DNA of 64,000 bases, taken from NCBI RefSeq assembly GCF_009834535.1, contig NC_045697.1, forward strand, positions 96,350,001 to 96,414,000. The letters run 5' to 3'. Of this stretch, positions 38,419 through 51,407 are shown one piece after another. Numbering within the stretch: position 1 is the first letter of the stretch; each line of letters starts with the position of its first letter. The notes under the pieces were generated by a model. That model saw nothing but the letters and a program-made list of their open reading frames with translations. It searched no databases and was not told the origin of the DNA. This DNA is from Camelus ferus (Eukaryota). Both the position numbers and the translations under genes were made by a program.

Positions 38419-39498
38419 TTCTTTTTTTCTCCCCATTTTTTAAAATTGAAGTATAGTTGACTTACAGTGTTTCAGTTGTACAGCAAAGTGCACATATGTG
38501 CACACATGTATGTATTCCTTCTCAGGTTTTCCTCCACCACAGGTTACCACAAGGTACTGAACACAGTTCCCTGTGCTACACAGTAGATCCCTGTTGTCTA
38601 TCCACTTTACATGTGGGAGTGTGTATCTGTTAATTCCAAATTCCAAATTATTCCACCTCCCCACACCCCCCTTTCCCCTTTGGCAACCATAAGTTTGCTT
38701 CTATGTCTGTGAGTCTATTTCTGTTTTGCAAACAAGTTCATTTCTATCACTTTTGTATATTCCACGTGTAAGTGACATCATATGATACTTGTCTTTGTCT
38801 GATCCACTTCATTTAGCATCATAATCTCTAGATCCATCTGTGTTGCCACAAATGGCATTATTCCATCCTTTTTCAGGGCTGAGCAATGTTCCATTGCATT
38901 TACACACCACATCTTCTTCATCCATTCATCTGTCGATGGACACCCAGGTTGCTTCATGTCTTGGCCATTGCAAACACCACTGCCATGAACACTGGGTGCA
39001 TATATCCCCTTAGATTAGAGTTTTATCAAGATACATGCCCAGGAGTGGGATTGCTGGATCATATGACAACTCCATTTCTAGTTCTCCAAGGAACCTCTAT
39101 ACTGCTCTCTACAGTGGCTGCACCAATCCACATTCCCACCAGCAATGTAGGAGGGTTTTCCCCTCTTCACACCCTCTCCAGTATTCACTACTTGCAAGCA
39201 TTTTGATGATTGCCCTCCTGACAGGTGTGAGGTGATACCTCATTGTAGTTTTGATTTGAAGCTTTCCAATAATTAGCAATGTTGAGCACCCCTCACATGC
39301 CTGTTGGTAATCTGCATGTCCTCCCTGGAGAAATATCCACCTAGGTCCTCCGCACATTCCTTGACCAGGCTGTCCCCTTCCTTGACATTGAGCTGTATGA
39401 GCTGTCCGCATATCCTGGAAACTAATCTCCTGTGGGTGACGTCGCTTGCAAAAATTCTCTCCCACTCCCATAGGTTGTCCCCCCCTGTTCATGGTTTC
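38419..39498 (-). mobile_element. Cetartiodactyl L1 3' end, A-to-G hypermutated
   Basis: ORF2 C-terminus ([13 protein letters not shown]...LLHCWWECGLVQPL), 3' UTR, T/C-rich tail, imperfect TSD ccactgttctt/ccactactgtt; pervasive plus-strand T>C relative to paralogs in this window. Confidence 0.9.
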
Positions 39499-40152
39499 CC
39501 ACTACTGTTTTTTCTGTTTGTGTAATCTCTTCTAATAGCTATATAGGATATCTTCCTGTGGTTTTGACTTGCATTTCCTGAATGGATAGTGATGTGAAGG
39601 ATTTTTTCATGTGCTTATTTGCCATCTACATATCCTCCTCAGTGAAATGTCTTTTCATGTTTTTGCCCATTTTTTGACTTGGATTTTTTGTTTGTTTGAT
39701 TTTTACTTGGGAATTCTGAGAAAGTTCTTCATATATTCAAAATATGAGTCCCTTGTCAGATATGTGTTTTATATATATGTTTTCTCTCTGTCTGTAGCCT
39801 CTCTTAACAGGTTATTTTGCAGAACAAACTTGTGTTTTGTTTTGTTTTTAATAAAGTCCAATGTATTGATTTTTTTCTTAAGGCTCTTGCTTTTGGTATC
39901 AAATCTAAGAACTGTTCTCCAAGCCTTAGTTCTCAAAGATTTTCTCCTTTATTTTCTTGTGAAAGTTTTAAAGTTTTTATCTTACATTTAATTCTGTAAT
40001 TCATTTTAATTAATTTTTTTTTTTTTTTGGTGTGAAGTTCAAGTCAAATTTCTTTTATTTGTGTGTGGATATCAATTGCTCCAGTACCATTTATTTAAAA
40101 GACTCTTCTTCTTGAGTTGAATTACTTTTGCATTTTTGGCAAAAATAAGTTA

Positions 40153-40478
40153 GATGGATCACAAGAAGATTTTTAGGGTAGTGAAACTATTGTGTATAAC
40201 ACTAAAATAATGAATATGTGTCATTATACATTCATCAAAACCCATAGAATATGCATCATCAAAAGTGAACCCTAATGTAAACTATCAGCATGGATTGATA
40301 ATAATGTGTCAAGGTAGATTCATTGATTGTAACAAAAGTACTACTCTCCTGGGAGATGCTGAGAATCAGGGAGACTGTGCATGTATGCAGTCAGATGGTA
40401 TATGGAAACTTTCTGTACTTTGCACCCAGTTTTGCTGTGAACCTAAAACTGCTCTAAAAAATTAACTCCATTAAAAAA
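40153..40478 (+). mobile_element. L1MC1-like 3' end
   Basis: gtgaaccctaatgtaaactat...ttttgctgtgaacctaaaactgctctaaaaaa; degenerate TSD aaaataagtt/aaagtaggtt. Confidence 0.85.
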
Positions 40479-43400
40479 GTAGGTTGAGCATATTTGTGTG
40501 GGTCTATTTCTGGGTTCTCTATTCTGTTCCATGGATCTGTGTGTCTCTGTCTCTGTGGCAAAATGACAATCTATTACTATAGATATATAATAAATCTTAA
40601 AATCTTAAATCTCAATTGAGATAGTTAAAATTTTAACCAGAATGTTTAATGGAATTATGTCCATCAACCTTAAAAATATCCAAAGTAATGTACATAAACC
40701 ATGTATAAAGATAACCTGTAATTCCCAGGCCTAATATTAGTCAATATTATCAGCATAGTCTCATGCCATGCCATTTGACAGATTACTCACAAGTAATATA
40801 CTGTTCAGATTTTAAGGTGCACTTTTCATATCTTAATAATAAGAAAAAATTGTACCTTAATGAGCAACACAATCAAAGACAACATGGGAGTAAATATCCA
40901 TAGATTTCACATATTTTTCTATCTCTGTAATTATATTAGCCCTTAAAAATTTACCTCAGAAAAAAAGAACCAAGTGATTTTTATAAATAAACAGTATGAA
41001 TTTATTCAGTCACATATCTTGTATAACCAAATCTCATTAAAGCATAAGATTCTTGATTTCAATATAAAACTGCATTCCCTCCATAAAAGGAAACTGCCTA
41101 TCCAGATATTTACAATAATACCCAGTATTCTCATAAATACTCCTGATTGTCAGCTTTCCCACATGCCTTCATTATTCCTATTGCTCTAAGTATCCAGCCA
41201 ATTTTAGCCCAGATCTTTGAGTGATATATTTATAATTCCCTTTGGTCAATAGTTACATGTTGCTGATTAATGTTATATTTTATGAAAGAAACGTAGCCAA
41301 ATTATTATGAGAAAAATTTTAAAGACTAGTTGTTCTCTGCAGGAACTTTGTGTTTGTAACTGGGTCATAAAAGTATTCCTGTGGCAATTTGATTTCTATA
41401 GCAGTTATGGTACACTTTATTGCAGCTCCTTTACTAAACTGTGATCTCCCCAATGACATCAGTCATGCTTATTTGTGATTTTATACCCAGTGCCTAGCTC
41501 TGAACAAATACTCAATAAAGGTTTATTAAATAAAGGAAGAAAGAGAAAAGGAAAGAGAATAAGGAAGGATCTAATTCATTATGTACATTATTGACTTTTA
41601 AAGACACTTCTATTTTTGGATTTGTCAAGTTCATTAGTTTTTTAAAAGCAAAGTCCTAGATATTAATTAATACTCATTAATTCACATACTATATATGTAT
41701 ATGTTAAAATGATAAGAAATATTTCAAATAATATTTTAAAGATTAATGCAATTTCTGTGGAACTTTTGCACAAGTTACTCCATTTGGTCCTCCCCAAGTC
41801 TATACCATATTACATACTAGTCTTTGGTTGATCTCTTGTGAGTTCATGAACAATTGTTTCTTTTCTTATGTGTAATCACATGATGCCTTGCCAACTTTAC
41901 TGGACACATTGATATACAAGGTATAATGACTTTTGAAGGTGCCCGCATTATCACCAGCTCTTAATAATGCTAGAGTCACCAAGAGGATACTGTTAATAGT
42001 TCTAGGCCACTGGTCAGTTGTGCTACATTCTCCAGTCTTATCAATGTCCTGAAATATGCAGTATTGTCTTTCTCACATTGGTTCACTGTTAGGCACCTGG
42101 GCACATATCAATCACAGTATATTGTACTGGTATCAAATACACTTCCTTACACTTCTATCTTTAGGTGTCTCTGTTTAGAAGAAAAAATAAGAATAAAAGT
42201 ATAGTTTGGGACCATATAAATATACTCTGAAACACATTCCCCAAACACCTTTGCCTCTTTTCTGTTTCTGTCCTTATAAACATAATTTGTTGCCCTGGTA
42301 TTCTATTTGATATAAAGACTGTTTATGCCAAGGATACTGGGTTACAATGAGGAAGTAATGTGGTACTGCTGTACTTTATTTTAGGATCTTTGTCAGAGCT
42401 GGGTCAGGAGCATCTATCAGAGAGGTTCACAATTTAATATCAAGATGATTTGAGAGGTTGACTGAAGCTTAGTCATTAGTAAATACCACAGGTTTTCCTG
42501 CTTATACTTTTTGTTCTGATTCTAGCACCATTACTTAAAATGAGATTACATAACTAAAACCAAGAGTGCTCCTTAGTTCATCCTTTTATTGTTGTACCTA
42601 ATAATAATCCTCATTTTCTTGTTATGACAAAAAGCTTTTCTAGGTTGAAGAAAAATGCATATATTTTATTATGTTTATAATGCATTTTTTAAAACAGGAT
42701 TGAAGTGAGAAGCTGAACATTTTCAGATATTTTTTACTAAAAATAAAATAATAATAAAGCAAGGTATTTCAAACCTATTTTTTAAATAACTGCAATTGTA
42801 AGAAGGTGAGAAGTCCCACCCCTACAGACATAGCTCCCAACTCACTGCTATACACTGTAATTAATAGAGATCTTTAAAAGAAGAGAGGGAATTGGAATCA
42901 GTAAGTTTTCTCCTAAACATTACTAAAATAATGTAGGGAAGTCCACTAGCTACCTACAGAAAGAGAAATATGTTTGTTTATTTGGGCTCATCCATGACAT
43001 TTAATTTAGGCAATCGATGCCTTAAGGTATGAAAGAAATTTATGTTTCTAAGGTGGTTTAATTTCACCTGAAGTTAAGTTTACCAATGTGATGACTCTAG
43101 GGGCAGCATACGTTTTTTGATTTGTATTCTTTCTCTCATGTAAATGACCTTCCTTTTAGAGTCCACTTTTTCATATAGTGGAGAGAATGCCCCCCATGGC
43201 AGAAATCACTCATAACTGACTCAGGGGAAACAATTTAGTTACATTTCTAAAGACATGTTTCTTGAAAGATGTCAAAGAAAGCAGCCCAATGAGGCTGAAG
43301 GCATATTTCAGTTTATTCAGAATCAGAGGAAAAAGACCAGGTGTTTCCCCAGTTTTGTTTTCTGAACACATCTGTTATCCATCACTTTTTGCTAACTAGC

Positions 43401-43749
43401 TAAAATAATTAAACTGGCATATTAGCAATTCTTTGTCAATTGCTAAAAAAGTATTAAATTTTATATAACTTTAATAAACCAATTCCATATTTAATCTATA
43501 TTTAGTTTCCTTTTTACAATATTGCTATGATATGTTATGCTGACTTTCTAAATGGCTGGGAACAATAAATGTAAATGGTATAATAAATATTTTTATATTT
43601 GTGTACCTTAAATTTCCATTGCTCATGTCAATTCAGAATGTCAAGTGAATGGGTTTTCTGCTCACCATGTACGCTTATTAAATTAATCTCTTGCTTATTC
43701 TTGCTGAGGTTGTTTAATGGAAAGAGGCAGAAGTAGTTTCAAATGGTTT

Positions 43750-44310
43750 TAAAGGCTTAAAAACTAAGTGAACTTGAAGACACAGAAATAGACATTATCT
43801 AAAATAAACACAGGAAGAAAAAAAGACACCCCCCCAAAAGTTTTAGTAGAGTTTCAATGAACTGAAAAATGTCCAAGCAGCTAAATATACGTATACATAT
43901 ATATATATATATATGTAATTTAAGTGCCTAAAAGAGAAGGAAGAGCAAAAGTATGTAAAGAAATATTGCTCCAGATTTTTCCCAATTTGATTAAAACCGT
44001 AAACCCACAGATCCAGGAATCTCAATCTTAAACACAAGAAACACGAAGGAAAACTGTATCAAGCCATATCATATTATAAAGAAATTGCCCAAAATTAGGG
44101 ATACAGATAAAAATCATCTGAAGAGTAGCTAGAGAATAAATGAAGTAATGTATTCAGGAACAAATATAAAAATAGCAGTGTATTTCTTGTCAGAAATAAT
44201 GATAGTGAGAAGACAGAGGCACAACGGTCTTAAAATACTGAAAGAAAAAAAAATCCAACTTGAATTCTGTATCCAGCAAAAATAGCTTTCAAAAAATGAC
44301 AAAATAAAAA
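43750..44310 (+). mobile_element. Old L1 ORF1-region fragment
   Basis: aaacccacagatccaggaatctcaa and aattctgtatccagcaaaaatagctttcaaaaa. Confidence 0.65.
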
Positions 44311-44439
44311 AATCCATTCCTAGGAACCATTAAGTAAACTAGGAAAATATTTTATTCTAATACCATGCTCTATGTATAGATTTATCTAAAAAGACTGCAA
44401 TTTTCCCAGACTATGTTTGACAGAAGTGCCATTTTTTGA

Positions 44440-45105
44440 TTGACTTTATAAAAATATATCTTACAGTAAAATCCACAAATCCTTAGTGTCCCAATTGTTG
44501 GATTTTCACATGCACATACATTTATGTAACAGGTCAAGGTATAGAACATCCCCACTCCCCTGGAAGGCCCCTTCACATATGTTAGTCTTAGCCCCAAAAT
44601 AACCACTCTTCTGACTGCTATCACCATAGATTAGTGATGACTGTTTCTGACTTTTTATGTGTAGAATCATACAGAATACTCTCTTGTGTTTGATTCCTTT
44701 AAAGAAAATATTATGAATATTATCTTTCTATTTGCTCTTATATGTGCCAGTACTGCTGTGTAGTGTTCCTTTGTTAAAAAAAAAAAAAAGAAAAGAAAAA
44801 AGTACCAAATCTAATGTTAATGGCTATTAGGTTGTTTCTAGGTTTTATCTATTAAAAAAACCATGTTTGAACATTTTTGTACATTTTTGGTAGACATAAG
44901 CACTTAATTCCTTTCAGTTACTTTTTTGTTATATATCTAGAATCAGATTAGTTCATACAATATACCTATCTTTAATTTTTGTAAGTATGTCCTTCCAAAC
45001 ATTTGTTTCCAAGTGATTATATCAAATTATGATGTCACCAACAATGAAGGAGTCCCAGTTTTTCCACATCATTCACATAACAGTTCATAGAGTTATTTTA
45101 AACTT
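44440..45105 (-). mobile_element. L1ME-like 3' fragment
   Basis: ggtcaaggtatagaacatcc...taaccactcttctgactgctatcaccatagattag. Confidence 0.7.
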
Positions 45106-48100
45106 TTTCAGAGGGAGAGAAACATTGAAAGACAGAGAAACAAAGATGAAGAGGAAGAGAGAAAGACATTATAACACAAAATTATAGTCTATGAAAACAC
45201 AAGATATAGAGTTCTGAAGAACTTGGACTGAGGTAAGAGAACATGCTTTCAAGCTTACACATACTGTTTTAGGTATGGTGAAGAATACAGATTTCCTACA
45301 AAATAAGGCAAAAATTCCACACTCCAACCTCAGTATGTATTACATGCATAAATCCCATTCCCACCATTTTGTCTGTGAGCCATCACTCTTGAACCTGAAT
45401 TCTTGAATTTGTCTTTTTCTTACTCTTTTAGTTTGTCCCAAGTACAATAAGGTGGGAAATTTTCTTCAGTACATCCCCTATCCTTTTTATTCCTTACCGT
45501 AATACTTTCCTTATAGCCGATAATAAATTATTTTTAATAGTGAAAGGCTTATAAACCATCAAAGCACTGACTTCCTTTAGCAGCATAACACTTTGTAAAC
45601 CACAGAAAACAGAACTCAGTGTGGAAAAAGGAAATCACATAAGAACAAACCACAAAGAAAAGTAATTTATAAAATAATAATTTTAGGAAAATGGGAGTAT
45701 AAAGGAGGGTATATTGACACAGATTATAGTTGAGCATTAAAGAATCTGCATTAAAAAATCAAAGGTTGAATAAATAAAATTGTCTTAAATCCACTTAATG
45801 AAATATTTTTAAGATAGTGTTGTTTAATTTCATTTAACTTCCCCAAACTTTTCTTAAATTATACAGCAAAAAATAAGCAAGTACCAACTACCACTGCAGG
45901 CCAAAAAATGAAAGTAAAGTAAGGACAACCTCATCAATTCTGACCTTTGTGTAGCAAAAAATAACAAAATATTTTTGTATCTATATTTGTACTATCAAAA
46001 GATTAAAAAGGGCTTTATTAATTGTCATTCCTAAGCAATATTCTTTTAAAACTACTGGGGTTAACTAAGGTATAGTTCTTTATATTTCTAATAATTTTGA
46101 GGTCTGTAAATAGGTAAATTGGAAAGAGGACAAGAAAATACAATTTTAAACAAATATTTTTAATATATGGCTTAATAGCAAGGAACATTTAAGGAAGAGA
46201 AAATTATGCCTAAAAGGTACTATATCCAGTGGTTTACATTCTAAGAAAATAAAATTTTTATATTTGATCTTAATTTTATTGTTCCCATAGTTTGAAACAT
46301 TTGAATAATATTATTTATCATATTTCCATGAAAATATGTGTAATTTATTACCTATTATGAAATCCTAAATTAAAATCTGTATTGCCATAAGTATGTGTAC
46401 ACTATTGGGTTATTTTAAAAAAAGAAACTCTTGCTTTTTACCACCAAGAGAAAAGCAAGGTATCTCTTTGAAACTGGAATGATGGACAATGAATGATAAT
46501 ATTAGTTTCATATAGTTTGAGACTTATAATTTGTGATATGAATTGAATTAAACAATTGCTATCTATTGTTCCCATATAATGCCTGTAACTTTTGTATCTT
46601 AGATAACTGTAATGATAGCCAACACAATAATAATTTATTTTTTATCACATTCATTTAATTTTTAAATTGTCAATGTTCTCTTTTTTATTTTTGAAACTGT
46701 AAGATTTGCTGTGGTTTACTATCCATCTAGTAAATACCAAGATGGTATTAAAAATCCTATTCAGAAACTTCATAAATAATCAATTATTCCTAAGTAGGTA
46801 AGTTGGCTCTGAATTTTCAATTTATACCTGATCCTATTTTATTGTCACAGAGATCTATAATAAATATGAGAATGGTTACTGGAAATCATAAATTTCATAT
46901 AAAATAAAATGAGATGATATAGATTTCTTTTAAATACTTCTTGTTAAATTAGAAGTTTATTAATTTTAATGCTAAGCACAATTGAAATCTGTCTATAAAT
47001 CTTCCTGCCATTATATTTGTGCTGCATAAGAGCAGGGCCTAAACCAGAAACAATACTTTTCAACTAAAAATTTCAATACAATTATTTTAATTTATGAATA
47101 CATTAATAAATAAGTTACCGATAATTGCACTTTAAAAATTTTACAATTTCCACTATTTTTTTCATCATCCCAGAACTATCTGATAATGTTGACTGCCCTG
47201 TCATCTCACTAGATTTTCAAGACTCCATGCTTTGTGAACATTTAAGTAAGTCTCTGGCCCTCCGTTGATATTTGTTTATAATAAGGCCCTTAGAGAACCT
47301 GTGAGCTCTGACTACATACCTATCAAGAGACAATTCCAAAAGCTGCCTCTAGCCCAGATATCTTTCTGTCACAATTTTATATTCAGTTCCATCTGTGACT
47401 TACCCAAAAATTAAACTGGCCGTTTTCACTCCAATGTATTTATTTCTTTCTCTTTTCTCACCCACCTTATTAATATCTTAAACATACCAAGTAATTTTGT
47501 CTGCCACAATTTCTTCTTAACTTATACTTTTCACTTCTTAGCCATTATCCTTGACAGACAGTAATCTTCTCATGCCTGGACAATCACATTAGAGTTCTTT
47601 GTAGTGTTTCTGCTACTCCTGTTTCTAATATAGCCCATATCAATCAGAATTTCCCAAATGTGATTTATACAAGTATCACTAAATGTTATATTTGTAACAC
47701 TTAAAACATAAAAGTTGGATTTTATTCGTTTGAGCTCTTCTTTAGTTCTCTTTCATTATCTGGATTCCCCCTTACAAATTTTTTTTTCCACGTTCATATT
47801 CTGGTTTTGTTTAAAGACCAGTCATTTCATGCACTCTACTACATTTGCCATTCTTTCAAGAAATCTTGTTTATTTAATTCTGTCACATAGAAATCTCTTC
47901 TAAACTTTACACTTTTGCATATTATTTCCTTTACAACCTGTGCTGGTTATTTTGCCCTTTGGATTCATTTTGTGACCACTTCTAATTATACCACTCCCTC
48001 TGGTAGCACTTAGAGTGGGGGAAATGATTCTCCCTATTGCTAGTCCCTGGGCCTTTCCTTATTATTTTTTGCCATCTATCTCCTGAACAATCATGATTTA

Positions 48101-48649
48101 AATCAAAAATTACCTCCTCACTATAACTCTTTATTCCTCTTTAGAACAATCATTTCCTTTTTCCCAATCTGTTTATGTATTTTTGTAACAACCAAGAATT
48201 CCGTCATTTAAAGATGACCTGATCTTAGACCACACTCTAAAATCAATGTCAGGTGAACAATAGAACTAAATGAAGATAATATAGGAGAATGTAACATTCC
48301 CAATTGTTTACAAATATCTGTTCTGGACTTTTGTATTTTTCTTATGCTTCAACTGAAGGAAATTTTAAAAATCGATTTTTTATTATTACCAACAGGATGG
48401 AGGAGATAATCAAACCAGGTCCCTGAGAATGTGAAGGGGGCTGCAATCAGAACAAGATGAGACAGGAAAGAAAAAGCAAAACTGACTATGAAGGCAGGTA
48501 GGTGTATTTTTGGAGACAGGAGACGAAAGATCTTTAAAGAGTGCCCACATTCTAACTTCAGTTTTCTCTAAAGAAAATTTAAAAGTTCAGATAAAGGTAA
48601 GTAAGTTAAAAGTTCAGATAAAGGGAAGTGACATTTGTAAAGAATGGAA

Positions 48650-50052
48650 GTGGTCTGATCATCATGGGGAACAGAAAACCAAGCAGGTAGTAACAGGCAA
48701 TAATAGTAGATGTGATATACAAATGGCCCAATAGGCACAGAAAAAATGTTCAGTATTGCTAATTATCAGAGAAATGCAAATCAAAACTACAATGAGGTAT
48801 CACCTCATACAAGTCAGAATGGGTATCATTCAAAAGTCCGCAAACAATGAATGCTGGACAGGGTATGGAGAAAAGAGAACCCTTCTACATTGTTGGCAGA
48901 AATGCATGTTTGGTGTAGTCATTATGGAAAAGAGTATAAAGATTCCTCAAAAAACTAAAAATAGACTTATCATATGATTCAGCAATCTCACTCCTGAGCA
49001 TATATCCAGAGGGAACTCTAATTCAAAAAGATAATGCACCCCAATGTTCATAGCAGCAATATTTACAATAGCCAAGACATGGAAACAACCTAAATGTTCA
49101 TTGACAGATGATTGGATAAAGAAGCTGTGGTATATTTATACAATGAAATACTACTCAGCCTTAAAGAATAAAATAATGCCATTTGCCGCAACATGGATGG
49201 ACTTGGAGATCATCATTCTAAGTGAAGTAAGCTAGAAAGAGAAAGAAAAATACCATATGGCACCACTTACACGTGGAATCTAAAAAAGTGATACAAATGA
49301 ACTTATTTACAAAACAGAAACAGACTCAAGACATAGAAAACAAACTCATAGTTAACCAGGGGGAAAAGGGGTAGAAAGAGATAAAATAGGAGTTCAAGAT
49401 TTGCAGATACTAACTACTATATATAAAATAGATAAACAAAAGTTTCTGCTGTATAGCACAGGCAACTATATTCAATATCCTACAGTAACCTATAATGAAA
49501 AAGAATTTTAAAAGGAATATATGTATATGTATGACTGAAACATTATGCTGTACACCAGAAATTGATACAACATGTAAACTGACTATACTTCAATATAAAT
49601 AAATAAATAAATAAATAAAATCACTCAACTCAGAAAAAAAGAATAGTAGATGTGATAGTCTGACTATCATTAAACTACTGATAGCTTTTAAGCACACCTT
49701 TCCCTCTTTCCAGTTTGCCCCACATCTGTCAAGCTATTAAGGAATCCTAAGTACCTCCTCCTTTAACTTTGTGGGGAAGTTAAATTATATAAGCACCTTC
49801 CAGAATACATGGCAAATCATCGCCCTGGATGCACCCGCTAACCCCATAAAACCTCAAATTAGCTTTCTTTCCCTGACTTCTTGAGTCATTTTTGAACCAG
49901 CTTCAGAAGCCTTCTCTGCTGTCTCCCAGAAAGGGTCATTTTGTGAGTAATAAACCTTCCATACCCTTTTGGTGGCCCATGTGACATATACAAACCAAGT
50001 TTTGGGTAGGGTGGTAGAAAGTTGATCCTTTCTCTGTGGGGTGATTGTTACA
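48650..50052 (+). mobile_element. MER74/MER73-like ERVL LTR, split by an L1
   Basis: cccagaaagggtcattttgtgagtaataaaccttccataccc...accaagttttgggtaggg...gtgattgttaca; the 5' boundary is uncertain. Confidence 0.65.
48718..49641 (+). mobile_element. Cetartiodactyl/camelid L1 3' end
   Basis: ORF2 C-terminus ([34 protein letters not shown]), (TAAA)n tail, perfect 16-bp TSD aatagtagatgtgata at 48702-48717 and 49642-49657. Confidence 0.95.
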
Positions 50053-51292
50053 GTAAGATTGATGGGTAGCGCTGTGGGCCTATATGACACTGATGAACAC
50101 AAAATGGCTATGCAATGGCCCCAGTGGCCCCAATCTACCATATGGAACAAGGATCATCTGTCTAGGTGTAGGTAGGAAGACAGTTGAATTCACCTAAAAT
50201 TAAGATTTCATAAGACAGATATGTGGAAAGGACAAGCAGTCAGAGAGTGGAAGGTTAACCTAAACTTCCATGTAATAACATCTAGAGATTAGTAAAGTGA
50301 GTACAGGAATTGACTGATGAATACAGAGAAAGTGGAGGGTCACTGGAGAGGGAGAAGGCAGAGTGTGGAGTATGTGTTGTAGCTAATACCTACAAGTGAT
50401 ACACTGCAGTACCATCATTCTGAAATATTTGTCCTCTACAATATTAAATTCAGATGTTTGAAGGTATAATAGGAGGACACAATGACTTAATTTAATATTT
50501 TCAGAATGAAATATACCTCGATACGGATAGTTAAATGGCATATGAGATGAGAAGTAAGAAACTGAGAGGTGAGCATTTGGGTGGATCACTCCTTTGGACT
50601 TTGAAGTCAGGTAGCATGATAACTTATTTAGGGTAGAGAGAGCTGATCTTCAAGTGTTTCAGTGTATGAGATGAGCATCAAAAAATACGGTACATAAAAG
50701 TGGCCCTGTTGAAAAGCAAAGGTCTCATAGCAGGTTATGCTAAAAAGACAAGGAGAAAAAGTGTTAAAGTGGGAGTGAGGGCAGAAGGGACCTCCAAAAT
50801 GAACTGATACATGTGTAGCATGGGGGATGAAAAACATTCATCTGAAAAATGTACACTTGAAGCAGAAATTTGGGGAAAATAGTTTTTAGTTGTGTTAAGG
50901 AATATTAAAGAAGATTGGAAACATTTTTGAGAAAATAGGGGAGTTATTAGCTGATGATTTGCAGTTGTAGAAAGCATCATGAATTTCAAAGGGTAAAAAT
51001 AATTTGAATGATGTGTTACTGGTGCACAAAGCCCAAAGCAGCGTGGGAACGGCTTGTAACTTTTTACAGGGACTTATAGGTAAAAGTTGATTGAGGAATC
51101 CAGGCATGGGAACCATGAAAGATTTAAGCTACAGTGAGCTACAATGTGATTTAAATAAGTAATCCAGTTCCCTAGTAGATAGTAACTTGAGTTCACGTGA
51201 GAATTCTAGAATGGCCACACAGTGTGCTAGACAATATGACAGTGGTGATGTGAAAGGACATTCCTAATATTCCACAGGACAAATGTCCTCAG

Positions 51293-51407
51293 ACAGCCAG
51301 GGCAGGTGGCATTATTTCTTGGATGCCTAAACAGCCAGGGCAGGTGGCATTATTTCTTGGATGCCTAAACAGCCAGGGCAGGTGGCATTATTTCTTGGAT
51401 GCCCTAA
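51293..51407. repeat. Tandem repeat, 3 x 38 bp
   Basis: acagccagggcaggtggcattatttcttggatgcctaa at 51293, 51331 and 51369 (the third copy has one extra C). Confidence 0.97.

Larger units (their letters stand above)
37670..40600 (-). mobile_element. L1MC/MD-like fragment hosting two nested L1s
   Basis: cactcagtttcttccaatggttacatc 3' UTR motif; ORF2 sequence resumes after 39500 and after 40480. Confidence 0.75.

Noticed and set aside
39109..39492. 127-aa Gly-rich ORF as a novel protein
   Set aside because: It is frameshifted L1 ORF2 in which A>G changes created Gly codons and probably removed stops.
51293..51407. CRISPR-like 38-bp repeats with dyad symmetry
   Set aside because: Units are head-to-tail with no spacers, there are no cas genes, and the context is mammalian; this is a simple VNTR.
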